A stretch of DNA of 64,000 bases. It comes from a virus. The stretch covers positions 7,721-71,720 of the IMG/VR virus record IMGVR_UViG_3300033150_002070, one strand, 5' to 3'. Each line of letters opens with the position of its first letter. Positions within the stretch are counted from its first letter, which is position 1. Positions 17,171 to 26,448 of this stretch are shown in pieces. Made by a program: the position numbers and the translations under genes. Under the pieces are notes generated by a model, which did no database searches, had not been told where the DNA came from, and worked only from the letters and a program-made list of their open reading frames with translations.

Positions 17171-17593
17171 ATGAGGACTCGGAAGGTGTATAAGCTGGTT
17201 TTCGAGGACCCGAGTGGTAAGCTTCTATCAGCGATAGTCCGGGGCCCAATCCAGATTGAGTATGGGCTAGGAGTATGGACGATAGGTCGGTATGGTCCGA
17301 TCCTTGCGTTCACTGATCTAAAGAGCGCGGCCTCGTTCTGGCGAAGCTGTATTAGAACTCAGAGGTGGAAAGTGTACGCGGCCGAGGCAAGGGGTGTTAG
17401 GCCTGTGAAAGTTCTGATGGGGTTCGGATTGCTTCCACAGCCTGGCTGTGGACCAGCCAGTGGAGCGCTTGTACGCACGTTCTGGTCGAATCGGCGTGCT
17501 TTCCGAGGTGATCGTATATGGGCTCCGTTCGGGACAGTCGCTTGCCGTGCCGTAAAGCTCCTGCACGAGGTCCCCAGACACGAGCTCGAATAG
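17171..17593 (+). CDS. Tandem paralog family member 1
   Basis: KVYK...GKLLSA...EY..G.W...GPILAF...EARGVR...PFGTVACRAVKLL. Confidence 0.8.
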   Translation: MRTRKVYKLVFEDPSGKLLSAIVRGPIQIEYGLGVWTIGRYGPILAFTDLKSAASFWRSCIRTQRWKVYAAEARGVRPVKVLMGFGLLPQPGCGPASGALVRTFWSNRRAFRGDRIWAPFGTVACRAVKLLHEVPRHELE

Positions 17594-17603
17594 GAGGTTA
17601 GCT

Positions 17604-17996
17604 ATGGAGAAGGTCTATAAGGTCGTGATAAGGTCAAGTCGAGGCGTGCTCATGTCGGCGATGGTCTGGACGTCGCCGATGGCGGTTGAGTACGAGCCAG
17701 GGGAGTGGGTAGAGGGCAAGTATGGTCCTCTTTTCGCTTTCGACAACCTCGAAGCCGCCAAAGGGTTTATGGAGCGTGGACTCTATGCTAGAGAGGTGTG
17801 GGAAGCTCTGGCGGAGGGCATTAGGCCTATCCAGTCGGTGCTTTCGTTTAACTGGATCGACGATGTAGATGCTGTTGTGAAGTTTTGGCGTGGTGAGCTT
17901 GGGGGTGTTGAGGCGCCCTCAGGTTCTGTCGTGTGTGATAGGATTAAGCTGGTAAAGCGGGTCTGTAGTGTGGACGACTGGCTGGTAGGTGCTTAA
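17604..17996 (+). CDS. Tandem paralog family member 2
   Basis: KVYKVV...LMSA...EYEPGEW...GPLFAF...EVWEALAEG...PSGSVVCDRIKLV. Confidence 0.8.
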   Translation: MEKVYKVVIRSSRGVLMSAMVWTSPMAVEYEPGEWVEGKYGPLFAFDNLEAAKGFMERGLYAREVWEALAEGIRPIQSVLSFNWIDDVDAVVKFWRGELGGVEAPSGSVVCDRIKLVKRVCSVDDWLVGA

Positions 17997-18091
17997 GAAG
18001 GAGGCTCAAGATGAAAGTTTACAAGTGGGACAGTAGTAATGCGATAGGATCAAGCTTGAGAGGAAACTTGGAGCGGTGCCAGGAGGGTACC

Positions 18092-18511
18092 ATGAAGACA
18101 GTGTGTAAGGTGGTTACAAGGGTGGACGGTCGGCTCATGTCGGCCTTCTGTTGGGCATATAGCACCGCGATTGAGTATGAGGAGGGCAAGTGGGTGCGTG
18201 GCGTGCATGGGCCAATCTTCGCTTTCAAGGATAAAGTCTCTGCGTGGAAGTTTGCCTATCCTGGGTTTACTGGTGAGGAAGTGTGGCTCGCTGAGGCTGA
18301 AGGCGTGCGTGAGGCCAAGTGGATGCTTGAGGTGGGCCTTGTATACGATGAGAAGCTCGTTGAGGGCTTCTGGAAAAAGTTTCCGGTAGGCCGCTTTAAC
18401 ACGACCTATGTGGAATACGCTGTTCCTGGAACGGTGGTGTGCGATAGGTTGCGTCTTGTGAGACCCTTGTGGCGAAAGGAGGTTCAAGGATGGGTCGAGT
18501 GTACAAAGTAG
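18092..18511 (+). CDS. Tandem paralog family member 3
   Basis: Start MKTVCKVV after GGAGG; same motif set. Confidence 0.78.
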   Translation: MKTVCKVVTRVDGRLMSAFCWAYSTAIEYEEGKWVRGVHGPIFAFKDKVSAWKFAYPGFTGEEVWLAEAEGVREAKWMLEVGLVYDEKLVEGFWKKFPVGRFNTTYVEYAVPGTVVCDRLRLVRPLWRKEVQGWVECTK

Positions 18512-18861
18512 TCTATTCGCCGAGGCCCGATACCTTCGTGAGCGCTGTAATGGCCTTTTCTCCGCTTGAGGTTAAGTACCGCGAAGGTGAGTGGGTAAGT
18601 GGAATAGACGGAACGCCGGTGCTGGCCTTCGACTGTCTGAGGAACGCCAAGCAGTGGATGGAGGGTTTCGGTATACGACATGCCTTTTCAGTATGGGAGT
18701 GTGAGGCGGAGGGTGTAAGGCGGGTGAGTGAGCTGGCGGCACCGCATAGGCTTGCTGGTGAGCTTATTGCATACTGGAAAGGGTTCAGGAGAGCTGTGAT
18801 ACGACCACCTGTTGGAACGGTTGCGTGTGATAGGATCAAGCTTCTGAGGAGGGTTGTATGA
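18490..18861 (+). CDS. Tandem paralog family member 4
   Basis: Start MGRVYKVV after AAGGAGG; GTPVLAF, VWECEAEGVR, PVGTVACDRIKLL. Confidence 0.8.
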   Translation: MGRVYKVVYSPRPDTFVSAVMAFSPLEVKYREGEWVSGIDGTPVLAFDCLRNAKQWMEGFGIRHAFSVWECEAEGVRRVSELAAPHRLAGELIAYWKGFRRAVIRPPVGTVACDRIKLLRRVV

Positions 18862-19266
18862 GAGTGTTCAAGGTGTTTTCGGCCTGCAAAGGGCGTCTTG
18901 AGTCGGCAGTGGTGACAGGTGATCTTAGGGTGAAGTATGAGCCTGGTAAGTGGGCGGGTGGAGTGGCAGGGGACTCCTGTTCTTGCATTCAAGACGCTTC
19001 GGGACGCTGAGCGTTTTGTGAGAACTGGTCTTATCGGCCTTGATGAGTTTGAGATATGGGGATGTGAGGCTGAGGATATGCGTGAGATGAAGATGCTTGT
19101 TTTCCATCCGATCTCCGAGGATGATGTACGGACATTCCGGGATGAGTTTGAGAATGGAGTTGAGAAGCCAAGTGTTTTCCTTGGCACTGCTCCAAGAGGG
19201 ACCGTTGCGTGTAGCAGGGTGAAGCCGGTCCGAGTGGTTGAGAAGTACGAGGCGGGTGATTTCTGA
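18858..19266 (+). pseudogene. Tandem paralog family member 5, frameshifted
   Basis: ATG 18858 gives MRVFKVF...YEPGKW, then an extra G in GGGG 18969-18972 shifts frame before GTPVLAF; may be a sequencing error. Confidence 0.72.
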
Positions 19267-19272
19267 GGGGGG

Positions 19273-19677
19273 GTGATCTGGTTGGTTTACAAGGTCTTCG
19301 CACGTGGTTCGTACGGGCTTGAATCGGCTGTAGTCTTGGGCGAGCTTAGGATAGTTTACAGGCCCAAGAAGTGGAGTAGTGGGTACTGTGAAACGCCGGT
19401 GCTTGCGTTCAAGACGCTTGAGGAGGCGAGGTTTTTCGCAAGGGCTAACCTCACTGGGATGTTCAGGTATGAGATTTGGGAGTGTGAGGCTGAAGAAGTT
19501 CGTGAGGTGAGTGTGCTCGCGTACTATCCGGTTTTCCTCCACGAGATCATATCGTTCTGGCATGGTAAGTTCGAGCCTCCCTACACCATGCCGGCTCCGG
19601 ATGGGACAGTAGCGTGCACGAGGATCAAACCAATCCGAAAGATCGAGGAGGTTAACGTTGAGAAACCAAGTCTTTAA
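19273..19677 (+). CDS. Tandem paralog family member 6
   Basis: VYKVF...LESA...TPVLAF...EIWECEAE...PDGTVACTRIKPI. Confidence 0.8.
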   Translation: MIWLVYKVFARGSYGLESAVVLGELRIVYRPKKWSSGYCETPVLAFKTLEEARFFARANLTGMFRYEIWECEAEEVREVSVLAYYPVFLHEIISFWHGKFEPPYTMPAPDGTVACTRIKPIRKIEEVNVEKPSL

Positions 19678-20077
19678 GGTCTTCAAGTCTATTGATGGCA
19701 GGCTTGTTTCTGCAGTAGTAAGCGGTGGGCTTGCCGTTGATTACGAGCCTGGTAAGTGGTCAGCTGGGCCGTGCGGAACGCCTGTTTTAGCGTTCACTTC
19801 TCTTGAAGCGGCTCAGGAGTTTGTGAGGGATGTTGTTGAGACTGGGTTTACGTACGAGATATGGCTATGTGAGGCCCAGGGAGTTCGGAGAATTCGCAAA
19901 GTAGTCCTGTATCCTATGGCGTCGCCTTCGGAGGTTTTGTCGTACTGGATGGGTGTAAGGCGCGGCATTCCCACCATCAAAGCTCCAAGATGTACGGTAG
20001 CATGCAGTGCGGTTAAGCCTGAAAAGTTTATTGAGCTTCGTCACATGAGAGGAAGGAGGGACGTATGGGCTCGATAG
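19658..20077 (+). CDS. Tandem paralog family member 7
   Basis: VFKVF...GRLVSA...YEPGKW...GTPVLAF...EIWLCEAQGVR...TVACSAVKP. Confidence 0.8.
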   Translation: MRNQVFKVFKSIDGRLVSAVVSGGLAVDYEPGKWSAGPCGTPVLAFTSLEAAQEFVRDVVETGFTYEIWLCEAQGVRRIRKVVLYPMASPSEVLSYWMGVRRGIPTIKAPRCTVACSAVKPEKFIELRHMRGRRDVWAR

Positions 20078-20469
20078 TTTACAAAGTAGTTAGGCGGTGT
20101 GGAGACAATCTCCTTCACTCGTGTTCTGTTGATGGTACTCCGATTGAAGTTGTGTATCATCCTGGAAGGCGGGTGTGGAGTCCTCACGGGCCAGTGCTTG
20201 CCTTTGACACGGTTGAGCATGCGCGTGAGTTCATGTTAGAGGAACGTGAGGAGCTTTGGGAGGCTGAGGCCGAAGTTGAAGGGTCTGTTGAGACGCTTAT
20301 CTTCACAGATGGGATAGGTGCATCTTCGCTCCCGAGAATAGTATCTCAGTTTTGGAAGAGTGGGGCTTACCAAAACCCCAATCTTCACAGGACCTCTGCT
20401 ATGTATTTTCTTCCACCACCTGGAACACTTGCGTGCAGGTGGATTGAGCTTAAAAGGAGGGTAGTATGA
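20065..20469 (+). CDS. Tandem paralog family member 8
   Basis: VYKVV...LHS...Y.PG...GPVLAF...ELWEAEAE...PPGTLACRWIELK. Confidence 0.8.
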   Translation: MGSIVYKVVRRCGDNLLHSCSVDGTPIEVVYHPGRRVWSPHGPVLAFDTVEHAREFMLEEREELWEAEAEVEGSVETLIFTDGIGASSLPRIVSQFWKSGAYQNPNLHRTSAMYFLPPPGTLACRWIELKRRVV

Positions 20470-20795
20470 AGCTTCTAACTGAGGAGATTAAGCGTAGGCT
20501 TCCTCCGCTTGGAGCCACTGAGGGCGAGGAAGATCCGATGGTCGTATGCAAGTTCTTCGATCCAGCTTCCTCTTGGACGTGGTATGTGATCGAGGGAAGT
20601 CCTGAGGGGAACGACTGGGTGTTCTTCGGGCTCGTGCATGGGCTTGAGGACGAGCTTGGATATTTCTCACTTAACGAGCTTGTTAGCATCACTTGGAACG
20701 GTACGGATGTTCCGAGGATTGAACGTGATATGTACTGGGACGAGATGCCGTTAAGCGAGGTTCGGCTTAGGCTTTCGGAGGGAGAGCTACCATGA
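20466..20795 (+). CDS. DUF2958-family protein
   Basis: 'KFFDPASSWTWYVIE...FFGLVHGLEDELGYFSLNEL...IERDMYW'. Confidence 0.82.
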   Translation: MKLLTEEIKRRLPPLGATEGEEDPMVVCKFFDPASSWTWYVIEGSPEGNDWVFFGLVHGLEDELGYFSLNELVSITWNGTDVPRIERDMYWDEMPLSEVRLRLSEGELP

Positions 20796-20928
20796 AAACG
20801 ATGATACTCTCAGCCGTTACTGGGTTTTCTTGTGGGGTACTTATAGCCTGCGGTTGCTATATTGCGATGGCCTGCGTTCTGGCTTCGTTTTTCGTAGTAG
20901 CGTATTTTCTTGAAAGGAGGTGAGCAAC

Positions 20929-21096
20929 GTGAACGTAGCAGTCGTTGTTGAGACTATCCTTGGCCATGTCGAGGACGTCCAGGTTTTCCTGGACGATGAG
21001 GAGGCTGAGGACTTCGCTGATGAGCTTCAGGAGGCGGCCTGCAAGGAAGGCCGTGAGGTTGAGACTGAGATTACCGTTCACTATCTGGAGGTGTGA
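20929..21096 (+). CDS. Small acidic protein (55 aa, not in ORF track)
   Basis: AAGGAGGTG SD, GTG start, MNVAVVVETILGHVEDVQVFLDDEEAEDFADEL... Confidence 0.6.
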   Translation: MNVAVVVETILGHVEDVQVFLDDEEAEDFADELQEAACKEGREVETEITVHYLEV

Positions 21097-21097
21097 G

Positions 21098-21430
21098 ATG
21101 GCACTGATCACTGTGGCGTTGGTGTTTTTCGCACTGTTTTGTGCGTTTGTGCTTGGGTGGATCTTTGGTAGGTACGAGTATCTTGAGAGGTTTTGGGAGC
21201 GGTACTACTTTCCAAGATGGGACCGCGTGGTAGCTGAGATGTCCAAGACGCTCGATGACCCTGATAAGTTCTACCTTCATCATGCTCAGGCCAAGATACT
21301 TGAGGAAGTTGCGCATTTCGGTCTTGAGGCGTTTGATGAAGGTTTCGTTGAGCGTGTGTGCGGCCGGATCGAAAACATGGTGAAAGCTGTTGGGCGTTCA
21401 GCGAAGAAGATGTGGAAGGAGGTGGTTTAG
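21098..21430 (+). CDS. Membrane-anchored hypothetical protein
   Basis: Start MALITVALVFF after GGAGGTG; one N-terminal TM segment. Confidence 0.6.
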   Translation: MALITVALVFFALFCAFVLGWIFGRYEYLERFWERYYFPRWDRVVAEMSKTLDDPDKFYLHHAQAKILEEVAHFGLEAFDEGFVERVCGRIENMVKAVGRSAKKMWKEVV

Positions 21431-21603
21431 GTGAACTATTTCAGAATAATTTCCTTGCTTCTTCTGACGAGTTTGCTTGCCTATCTTGGAATCAGGCACT
21501 ATTTCAAGGTTGAGTTTACCGATGTACTTGCGGTAGTAGCGGCCCTATTTTATATAATCTTCGGTGCGGTGTATGAGGCCATTCATTAGGAAGGGGGGGT
21601 GAG

Positions 21604-22419
21604 ATGAGCCACTTTACAGTAGTTGTGATAGTTCCACCGTCCTACAGACGTGATGAGCTTAAAGGACGAGTTGATGAGCTTATAGCTCCGTACTACGAGG
21701 GCCTTGAGGTTCCTGAGTACGAGGATGTGTGCTACTGTGTTGGGCAAGCGGCTAGGAGAAAGGCCTCTGAGAGAGCTCTTGCTGAAATGGGCTTTAAGAG
21801 CTTTGACGAGATGCGTGACGAGTTTCGGAGGCGTCACCCGAAGCTACACGCGAAGCTCAAGGCTAAAGTAGATGAGGCAAGCCGGTGTAGCACGAAGGAA
21901 GAAACTAAGAGAGTGTGGAAGGAGTACGGTGCTATTAGGACTAAGCTTGATAAGCTCTGGGAAAAGGAGTGTCTCGCAAGATATGAGGCACTTGAGGCGG
22001 CGTTTTTCGAGATGGACCCGCTTAAGGATAAGCCGGATCCTAAGTGTGAAGAGTGCAAGGGAACGGGCATAGTGAGGCTCACCTATAATCCGTTCAGCAA
22101 GTGGGACTGGTATCGTGTGGGCGGGCGGTGGGATGGTGAAATGCTCGGGCTTGATATTGAGTCTGAGGATGGCGGCTTCAACTTCTCTCCTGAGCACGAG
22201 TCGCTTGAAAACAATTCGTGCAGGGTAAAGGACATTCACAAGGACTTCATCCCGTTTGCCGTAGTTACGCCTGATGGTCTATGGCACGAGAAAGGTGAAA
22301 TGGGATGGTGGGCTGTGGTAACTAATGAGAAAAGCGATAGCAAGTGGAAGCGTGAGGTGAAGTCGATTTTCAAGAAATATCCGGATCACTGGGCGGTTCT
22401 TCTTGACTGCCACATTTAG
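21604..22419 (+). CDS. Conserved phage hypothetical protein with CxxCxGxG insert
   Basis: 'MSHFTVVV...YNPFSKWDWYRVGGRW...PFAVVTPDG.WHEKGEMGWW...DCHI' recognisable phage family. Confidence 0.75.
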   Translation: MSHFTVVVIVPPSYRRDELKGRVDELIAPYYEGLEVPEYEDVCYCVGQAARRKASERALAEMGFKSFDEMRDEFRRRHPKLHAKLKAKVDEASRCSTKEETKRVWKEYGAIRTKLDKLWEKECLARYEALEAAFFEMDPLKDKPDPKCEECKGTGIVRLTYNPFSKWDWYRVGGRWDGEMLGLDIESEDGGFNFSPEHESLENNSCRVKDIHKDFIPFAVVTPDGLWHEKGEMGWWAVVTNEKSDSKWKREVKSIFKKYPDHWAVLLDCHI

Positions 22420-22432
22420 AAAGGAGGTTGGT

Positions 22433-22876
22433 ATGCAGTATGATCTGAACGTAAGGGTGAGGCTACCCGCCCCGACTCCCAAGCAGGTCTTCCAAGTTAT
22501 AGCTGAGAAAGCTTACGCTACATTGTCGTATGACTCTCGCAGGGATACCCTGAGAGTGTATGACGAAGACGGCACGTTTCAGCTTTCCGGAAGGCTCGCA
22601 TACGACGAAGTCGGATGGGTGAGCTATATTGAGTTTGGTCCCAGGGTAAGCGGCGATCCTCAGGCTATAATAGACAAGGCCAGAGCTTTTGAGGACCGTT
22701 TGGCTACTCAGTATAACCCGAGACAAACTGCCATGCTCAGAGTGCTTCACGAGATAGTAAGAAGCCTCCAGGAAGTCAGGGCAACGCTAAACTACCTGGA
22801 TGCTGAAAACTTGAAACGTGAGCTTGAAGCTTTGAAGGGAGGAGACAATGCAGAGGATAGGAGTCGTTGTGAGTAA
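22433..22876 (+). CDS. Hypothetical protein
   Basis: Start MQYDL after AAGGAGGT. Confidence 0.6.
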   Translation: MQYDLNVRVRLPAPTPKQVFQVIAEKAYATLSYDSRRDTLRVYDEDGTFQLSGRLAYDEVGWVSYIEFGPRVSGDPQAIIDKARAFEDRLATQYNPRQTAMLRVLHEIVRSLQEVRATLNYLDAENLKRELEALKGGDNAEDRSRCE

Positions 22877-23267
22877 GCCTAGGATGCTCGGTGTTGTGAT
22901 GAGGGAACGTGATAATAAGCTTCTTGTGACGTGGGGGTATAACAAGACTGGGCCTGTTAAGGTCGAGTGGGAGAACGAGTGTGATGTTAAGGATACCGGC
23001 GAGAAGACTGAGCTTTACTACGCATACCAGATGATTCCGATGGCTATATCGTATCTTAAGTCGCGTGATGAGCTAAAGATTGTTGAGCGCGGTAGGCTCT
23101 TTGCCGTCAAAACATTTGATGGGAACGAGGAGCTCATCACGCTTTTTCTGGGAATAGCAGTCGCTGATCGTTCGACGCCGATTCTTCAGTGGATGGTCTC
23201 GCTGGTTTTACTCTCTCTTGATTACAGGATACCAGTGCGGGAGCAGATTTTGGAAGGGGGTGAGTGA
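22848..23267 (+). CDS. Hypothetical protein
   Basis: 139 aa, coupled in operon. Confidence 0.6.
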   Translation: MQRIGVVVSKPRMLGVVMRERDNKLLVTWGYNKTGPVKVEWENECDVKDTGEKTELYYAYQMIPMAISYLKSRDELKIVERGRLFAVKTFDGNEELITLFLGIAVADRSTPILQWMVSLVLLSLDYRIPVREQILEGGE

Positions 23268-23698
23268 GTGTGAGTGAGGCTGATGCCATTAAACTTCTTG
23301 CGAGAATAGCGCCGAACGTTGAGCGTGGGATGGAGCTTGTGGTGGCTGACTTTGATGAGAAAACTATTCTTCAGCTTAGGCTCTCGAATCTGGTAATTGG
23401 GATCGAGAATGAGCTTGAGCGGATGTATCCGTTTCTGAGCTTCCTCCTTAAGGAAGGAACAAGGCGTCCCACATTTTCGGTTTGGGCTAGGCCGTTCGGG
23501 AGGGATCGTGAGAAGCTTGGTGAGTTCAGCGGTTTTGACTGGGTAGAGTGGGAAAGGCTCAACGCACTTTCCGAACGGATAATGAACCTTGGAGGGTATA
23601 TCTGCTCAAACTGCAGGAGATATTTCAGCGGTGAACCGTTTAAGATTGAGCCAGTGGCGAGGTACTTATGCGAGAAGTGCTGGCAACTTTATGAGTAG
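23264..23698 (+). CDS. Hypothetical protein with C-terminal Zn finger
   Basis: CSNC...LCEKC. Confidence 0.6.
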   Translation: MSVSEADAIKLLARIAPNVERGMELVVADFDEKTILQLRLSNLVIGIENELERMYPFLSFLLKEGTRRPTFSVWARPFGRDREKLGEFSGFDWVEWERLNALSERIMNLGGYICSNCRRYFSGEPFKIEPVARYLCEKCWQLYE

Positions 23699-23707
23699 GA
23701 GGTTGGT

Positions 23708-23905
23708 ATGCTGGTATCCATTGAGGAGTTGGCGAGGGATTTCAGGGTTCCGCCGTATGCCATTAAGGCGATGGCGCGTAAGATGGGTTTTCTGGTTCGG
23801 AGGAAGCACGGCAAGGGGTGGTATCTTCGTCTTGAAGATGCTGAGGAGGTGGCAAGGGAGTTCAGGAGGCGGAAGGATATTGAAAGGAGGGAACGTGGGC
23901 ACTGA
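23708..23905 (+). CDS. Small HTH DNA-binding protein
   Basis: 'VSIEELARDFRVPPYAIKAMARKMG...WYL' HTH-wing pattern. Confidence 0.6.
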   Translation: MLVSIEELARDFRVPPYAIKAMARKMGFLVRRKHGKGWYLRLEDAEEVAREFRRRKDIERRERGH

Positions 23906-23991
23906 AGGTTTATAAAGCGGTCAGCCGCCCACAGCTGAAGCCGTGGGCTTCCTTGCGTCAATTTCTGTGAAGCTGGAAAGGAGGGTAAGTC

Positions 23992-24345
23992 ATGCCTAGG
24001 GTGAAAGAGGCTAAGTACAGGACGATTGACGGTCTTCCTCACTTCTCGCTTAGGGGAGCGGCGAGGGTTCTTAAGAGGAGTCGTGAGTCGATAAGGAAGG
24101 ATCTGGACCGACTTGGGATCTATCCGCCGCTGAGGCTCGGCCAGGGCAAGTCTATATGGCTTGGTCCTGATGAGATGATAGAGCTTAAGGCGATGGAGTA
24201 TCTGAGGGAGTCGTTCGGGAAAAAGTCAATCCATGCGCTGAAAACTTCTCCGATTGTTGTGGCCGACTGCCGCCATCGTGCGGCTGAGTGGTTTAAGACG
24301 CTGATTCACGCGATAGAGTCTGGTGAGATTAAGCTTGGGAGGTAA
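23992..24345 (+). CDS. HTH (MerR/excisionase-like) DNA-binding protein
   Basis: 'FSLRGAARVLKRSRESIRKDLDRLGI.P.R'. Confidence 0.55.
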   Translation: MPRVKEAKYRTIDGLPHFSLRGAARVLKRSRESIRKDLDRLGIYPPLRLGQGKSIWLGPDEMIELKAMEYLRESFGKKSIHALKTSPIVVADCRHRAAEWFKTLIHAIESGEIKLGR

Positions 24346-24347
24346 GT

Positions 24348-24752
24348 GTGGCAAGAGTAGGATGGATGAACGTGGCTCAGGTTCTTCAGGGGAGGGCTAA
24401 GGCCCTCTCCTACCAGAATCCTGAGAGGACGTTTACAGTAGATGATGCTGAGCGGATCGTTAGCAAGCTCAAGGAGCTTGGAGTAAGAGGTGGCCCTCTT
24501 TGCTTTGAGCTAACCAAGTTCTACGGTCAAAACTACTGGGATGTGCTCTGGAAGATGCTTGACCCTCTGAATGAGCGCTCAGTAGTTTCGAGGTTTCCTG
24601 AGCTTGTTGACGTTCTTGAAAGTGAAATTGTAAGGGCGTGGGATAGCCTTCCGCACGAGGTTAGGAGTCCGTCAAGGAGGGTGAGGAGCAAGCGGGCGCA
24701 ACTAATACTTGATCTTCTCGGTAGGAAGGCGTCGGGAATGTCCGACAAATAA
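24348..24752 (+). CDS. Hypothetical protein
   Basis: 134 aa, last gene before the AT-rich promoter. Confidence 0.55.
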   Translation: MARVGWMNVAQVLQGRAKALSYQNPERTFTVDDAERIVSKLKELGVRGGPLCFELTKFYGQNYWDVLWKMLDPLNERSVVSRFPELVDVLESEIVRAWDSLPHEVRSPSRRVRSKRAQLILDLLGRKASGMSDK

Positions 24753-24804
24753 CAAATATAAATCATTGAAAAACAATAATTTATAAAATATTTAAAAAAA
24801 ATTC

Positions 24805-24833
24805 TTGACAAATTATTTGAATTTTCTTATATT
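24805..24833 (+). promoter_or_regulatory. Strong sigma70 promoter of the Ro60/Y RNA unit
   Basis: TTGACA-N17-TATATT with AT-rich UP element. Confidence 0.8.
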
Positions 24834-24895
24834 TAGATTGAAATTAAGAGACTGAAACAGTAACAGTCACCGTAGCTAAACACTAAGGAGGACTT

Positions 24896-26443
24896 ATGCC
24901 TTCCAGGAATATCTTTAACACTAAGACTTCTCATCTTCCCAAGGTTAATACGGTGAACGAGGCTGGTGGAACAGCCTATAAGTTTTCGCCGAAGCATACG
25001 CTGGCCCAGCTTGCCGTCACAGGCACATTCGAAAAGACGTATTATACGGACGGCGAAGCTCAGCTTGATAAGCTCAAGGAGATACTTCCTGAGATCGAGC
25101 CTGAGTTTATAGCCAAGTGCGCAGTCTATTCTAGAAGGCGTGGGTTTATGAAGGATATGCCGGCCTTCCTTCTTGCGTATCTTTCGACAAGACACCTGGG
25201 ACTGTTTGAGCGGATCTTTCCCAAGGTCGTGAATAACGCTCGTATGCTTCGAGGCTTCGTCCAGATAGTAAGAAGCGGGGCCGTCGGAAGACGATCTTTC
25301 GGATCGTGCCCCAAAAGGCTCATCCGGAAGTGGGTCGTCCAGCGAGACTTGTCCCAGCTTTTCAGGGATTCTATCGGCGAGCCTTCGATGGGCGACATTA
25401 TCAAGATGGTACACCCAAAGCCCAAGAGCAAGGCACAGGAAGCCTTATTCGGGTATCTTATCGGAAGTGAGGTTAACGCCGAGTATCTTCCTGATCTTGT
25501 AAAGGAGTTCGAGGCTTTCAAGGCGTCTCCCGACTCCACGAAGGTTCCCGATGTTCCGTTCATGCTTCTTACAGGCGTAAACTTCGGAGAGCAAAAGAGG
25601 GCTATCTGGAAGCGTATCCTTGAGAACGCCTCGTGGCAACAGACAAGGATAAATCTCAACACTTTCAAGCGTCACGGCGTTTTCGACGATCCTGAGACGG
25701 TTGAGCTTGCGGCAAAGCGTCTTTCGGATCGGGATCTTATTCTGAGGGCCAAGGCGTTCCCGTTCCAGGTATATGCAACGCTCAAGTTCGCAAGATATGA
25801 CCATAGGATCGAGAAGGCCTTACTCGACGCTCTTGAGGTAACAGTTGAAAATATCCCTGAGTTTGAGGGTAACGTCCTTGTCTTTCCAGATGTTTCAGCC
25901 TCAATGGGTTCACCTATAACGGGTGAGCGCGGCTCTGCTTCGAGCAGAGTCCAGTGTGTAGATGCAGCCGGGCTTTTTGCGGCGTGCATACTCAAGAAGA
26001 ATAAAAACGCTGTGGTCTGGCCATTTGACACACGGGTCTATCACTGGGTTCGTCTGAGCCCGTTCGACACAGTCTATACTAACGCCGAAAAGATCGCCGG
26101 GCTTTGTGGTGGTTCGACTGCAATCCACGCTCCTCTTGAAATGGCCAACGACGAGGGGCTTAAGGGCGATCTTGTGATCTACATATCGGATAACGAGTCC
26201 TGGGTTGGGTCTGAACCGTTTGAAACGCGGACGATCAAGGCCTGGGATAAGTTCAAGCGGCGCAATCCCAACGCGAAGCTCGTCTGCATAGACATTCAGC
26301 CTACAGGTTCAACTCAGGCACCCGACGATCCGTCAATCCTTAACATAGGCGGGTTTTCTGATTCGATCTTTGAAGTAATCCGTCTTTTCGCAACTGGATC
26401 GCCGGATCACTGGGTAGAGGTCATTGAGAATGAGAGGATCTAA
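24896..26443 (+). CDS. rsr: Ro60/Rsr RNA-binding protein (TROVE + vWA)
   Basis: 'NEAGGTAY...LAQLAVTGTF..TYY', 'KDMPAFL', 'RSFGS.PKRLI', 'DIIKMVHPKP', vWA MIDAS 'DVSASM', 'GGST', 'ISDNESW', 'IGGFSD'. Confidence 0.92.
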   Translation: MPSRNIFNTKTSHLPKVNTVNEAGGTAYKFSPKHTLAQLAVTGTFEKTYYTDGEAQLDKLKEILPEIEPEFIAKCAVYSRRRGFMKDMPAFLLAYLSTRHLGLFERIFPKVVNNARMLRGFVQIVRSGAVGRRSFGSCPKRLIRKWVVQRDLSQLFRDSIGEPSMGDIIKMVHPKPKSKAQEALFGYLIGSEVNAEYLPDLVKEFEAFKASPDSTKVPDVPFMLLTGVNFGEQKRAIWKRILENASWQQTRINLNTFKRHGVFDDPETVELAAKRLSDRDLILRAKAFPFQVYATLKFARYDHRIEKALLDALEVTVENIPEFEGNVLVFPDVSASMGSPITGERGSASSRVQCVDAAGLFAACILKKNKNAVVWPFDTRVYHWVRLSPFDTVYTNAEKIAGLCGGSTAIHAPLEMANDEGLKGDLVIYISDNESWVGSEPFETRTIKAWDKFKRRNPNAKLVCIDIQPTGSTQAPDDPSILNIGGFSDSIFEVIRLFATGSPDHWVEVIENERI

Positions 26444-26448
26444 GTTTA

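Noticed and set aside
18513-19686. Long minus-strand ORFs (224 and 253 aa)
   Set aside because: Antisense shadows of the paralog array; Ser/Pro/His-rich composition typical of non-coding frames
17171-20469. Diversity-generating retroelement behind the paralog diversity
   Set aside because: No reverse transcriptase and no near-identical TR/VR pair differing at adenines was seen
20945-21097. N-terminal extension of the 161-aa ORF as given in the track
   Set aside because: Overlaps a better SD-led acidic ORF (20929-21096); true start is likely 21098
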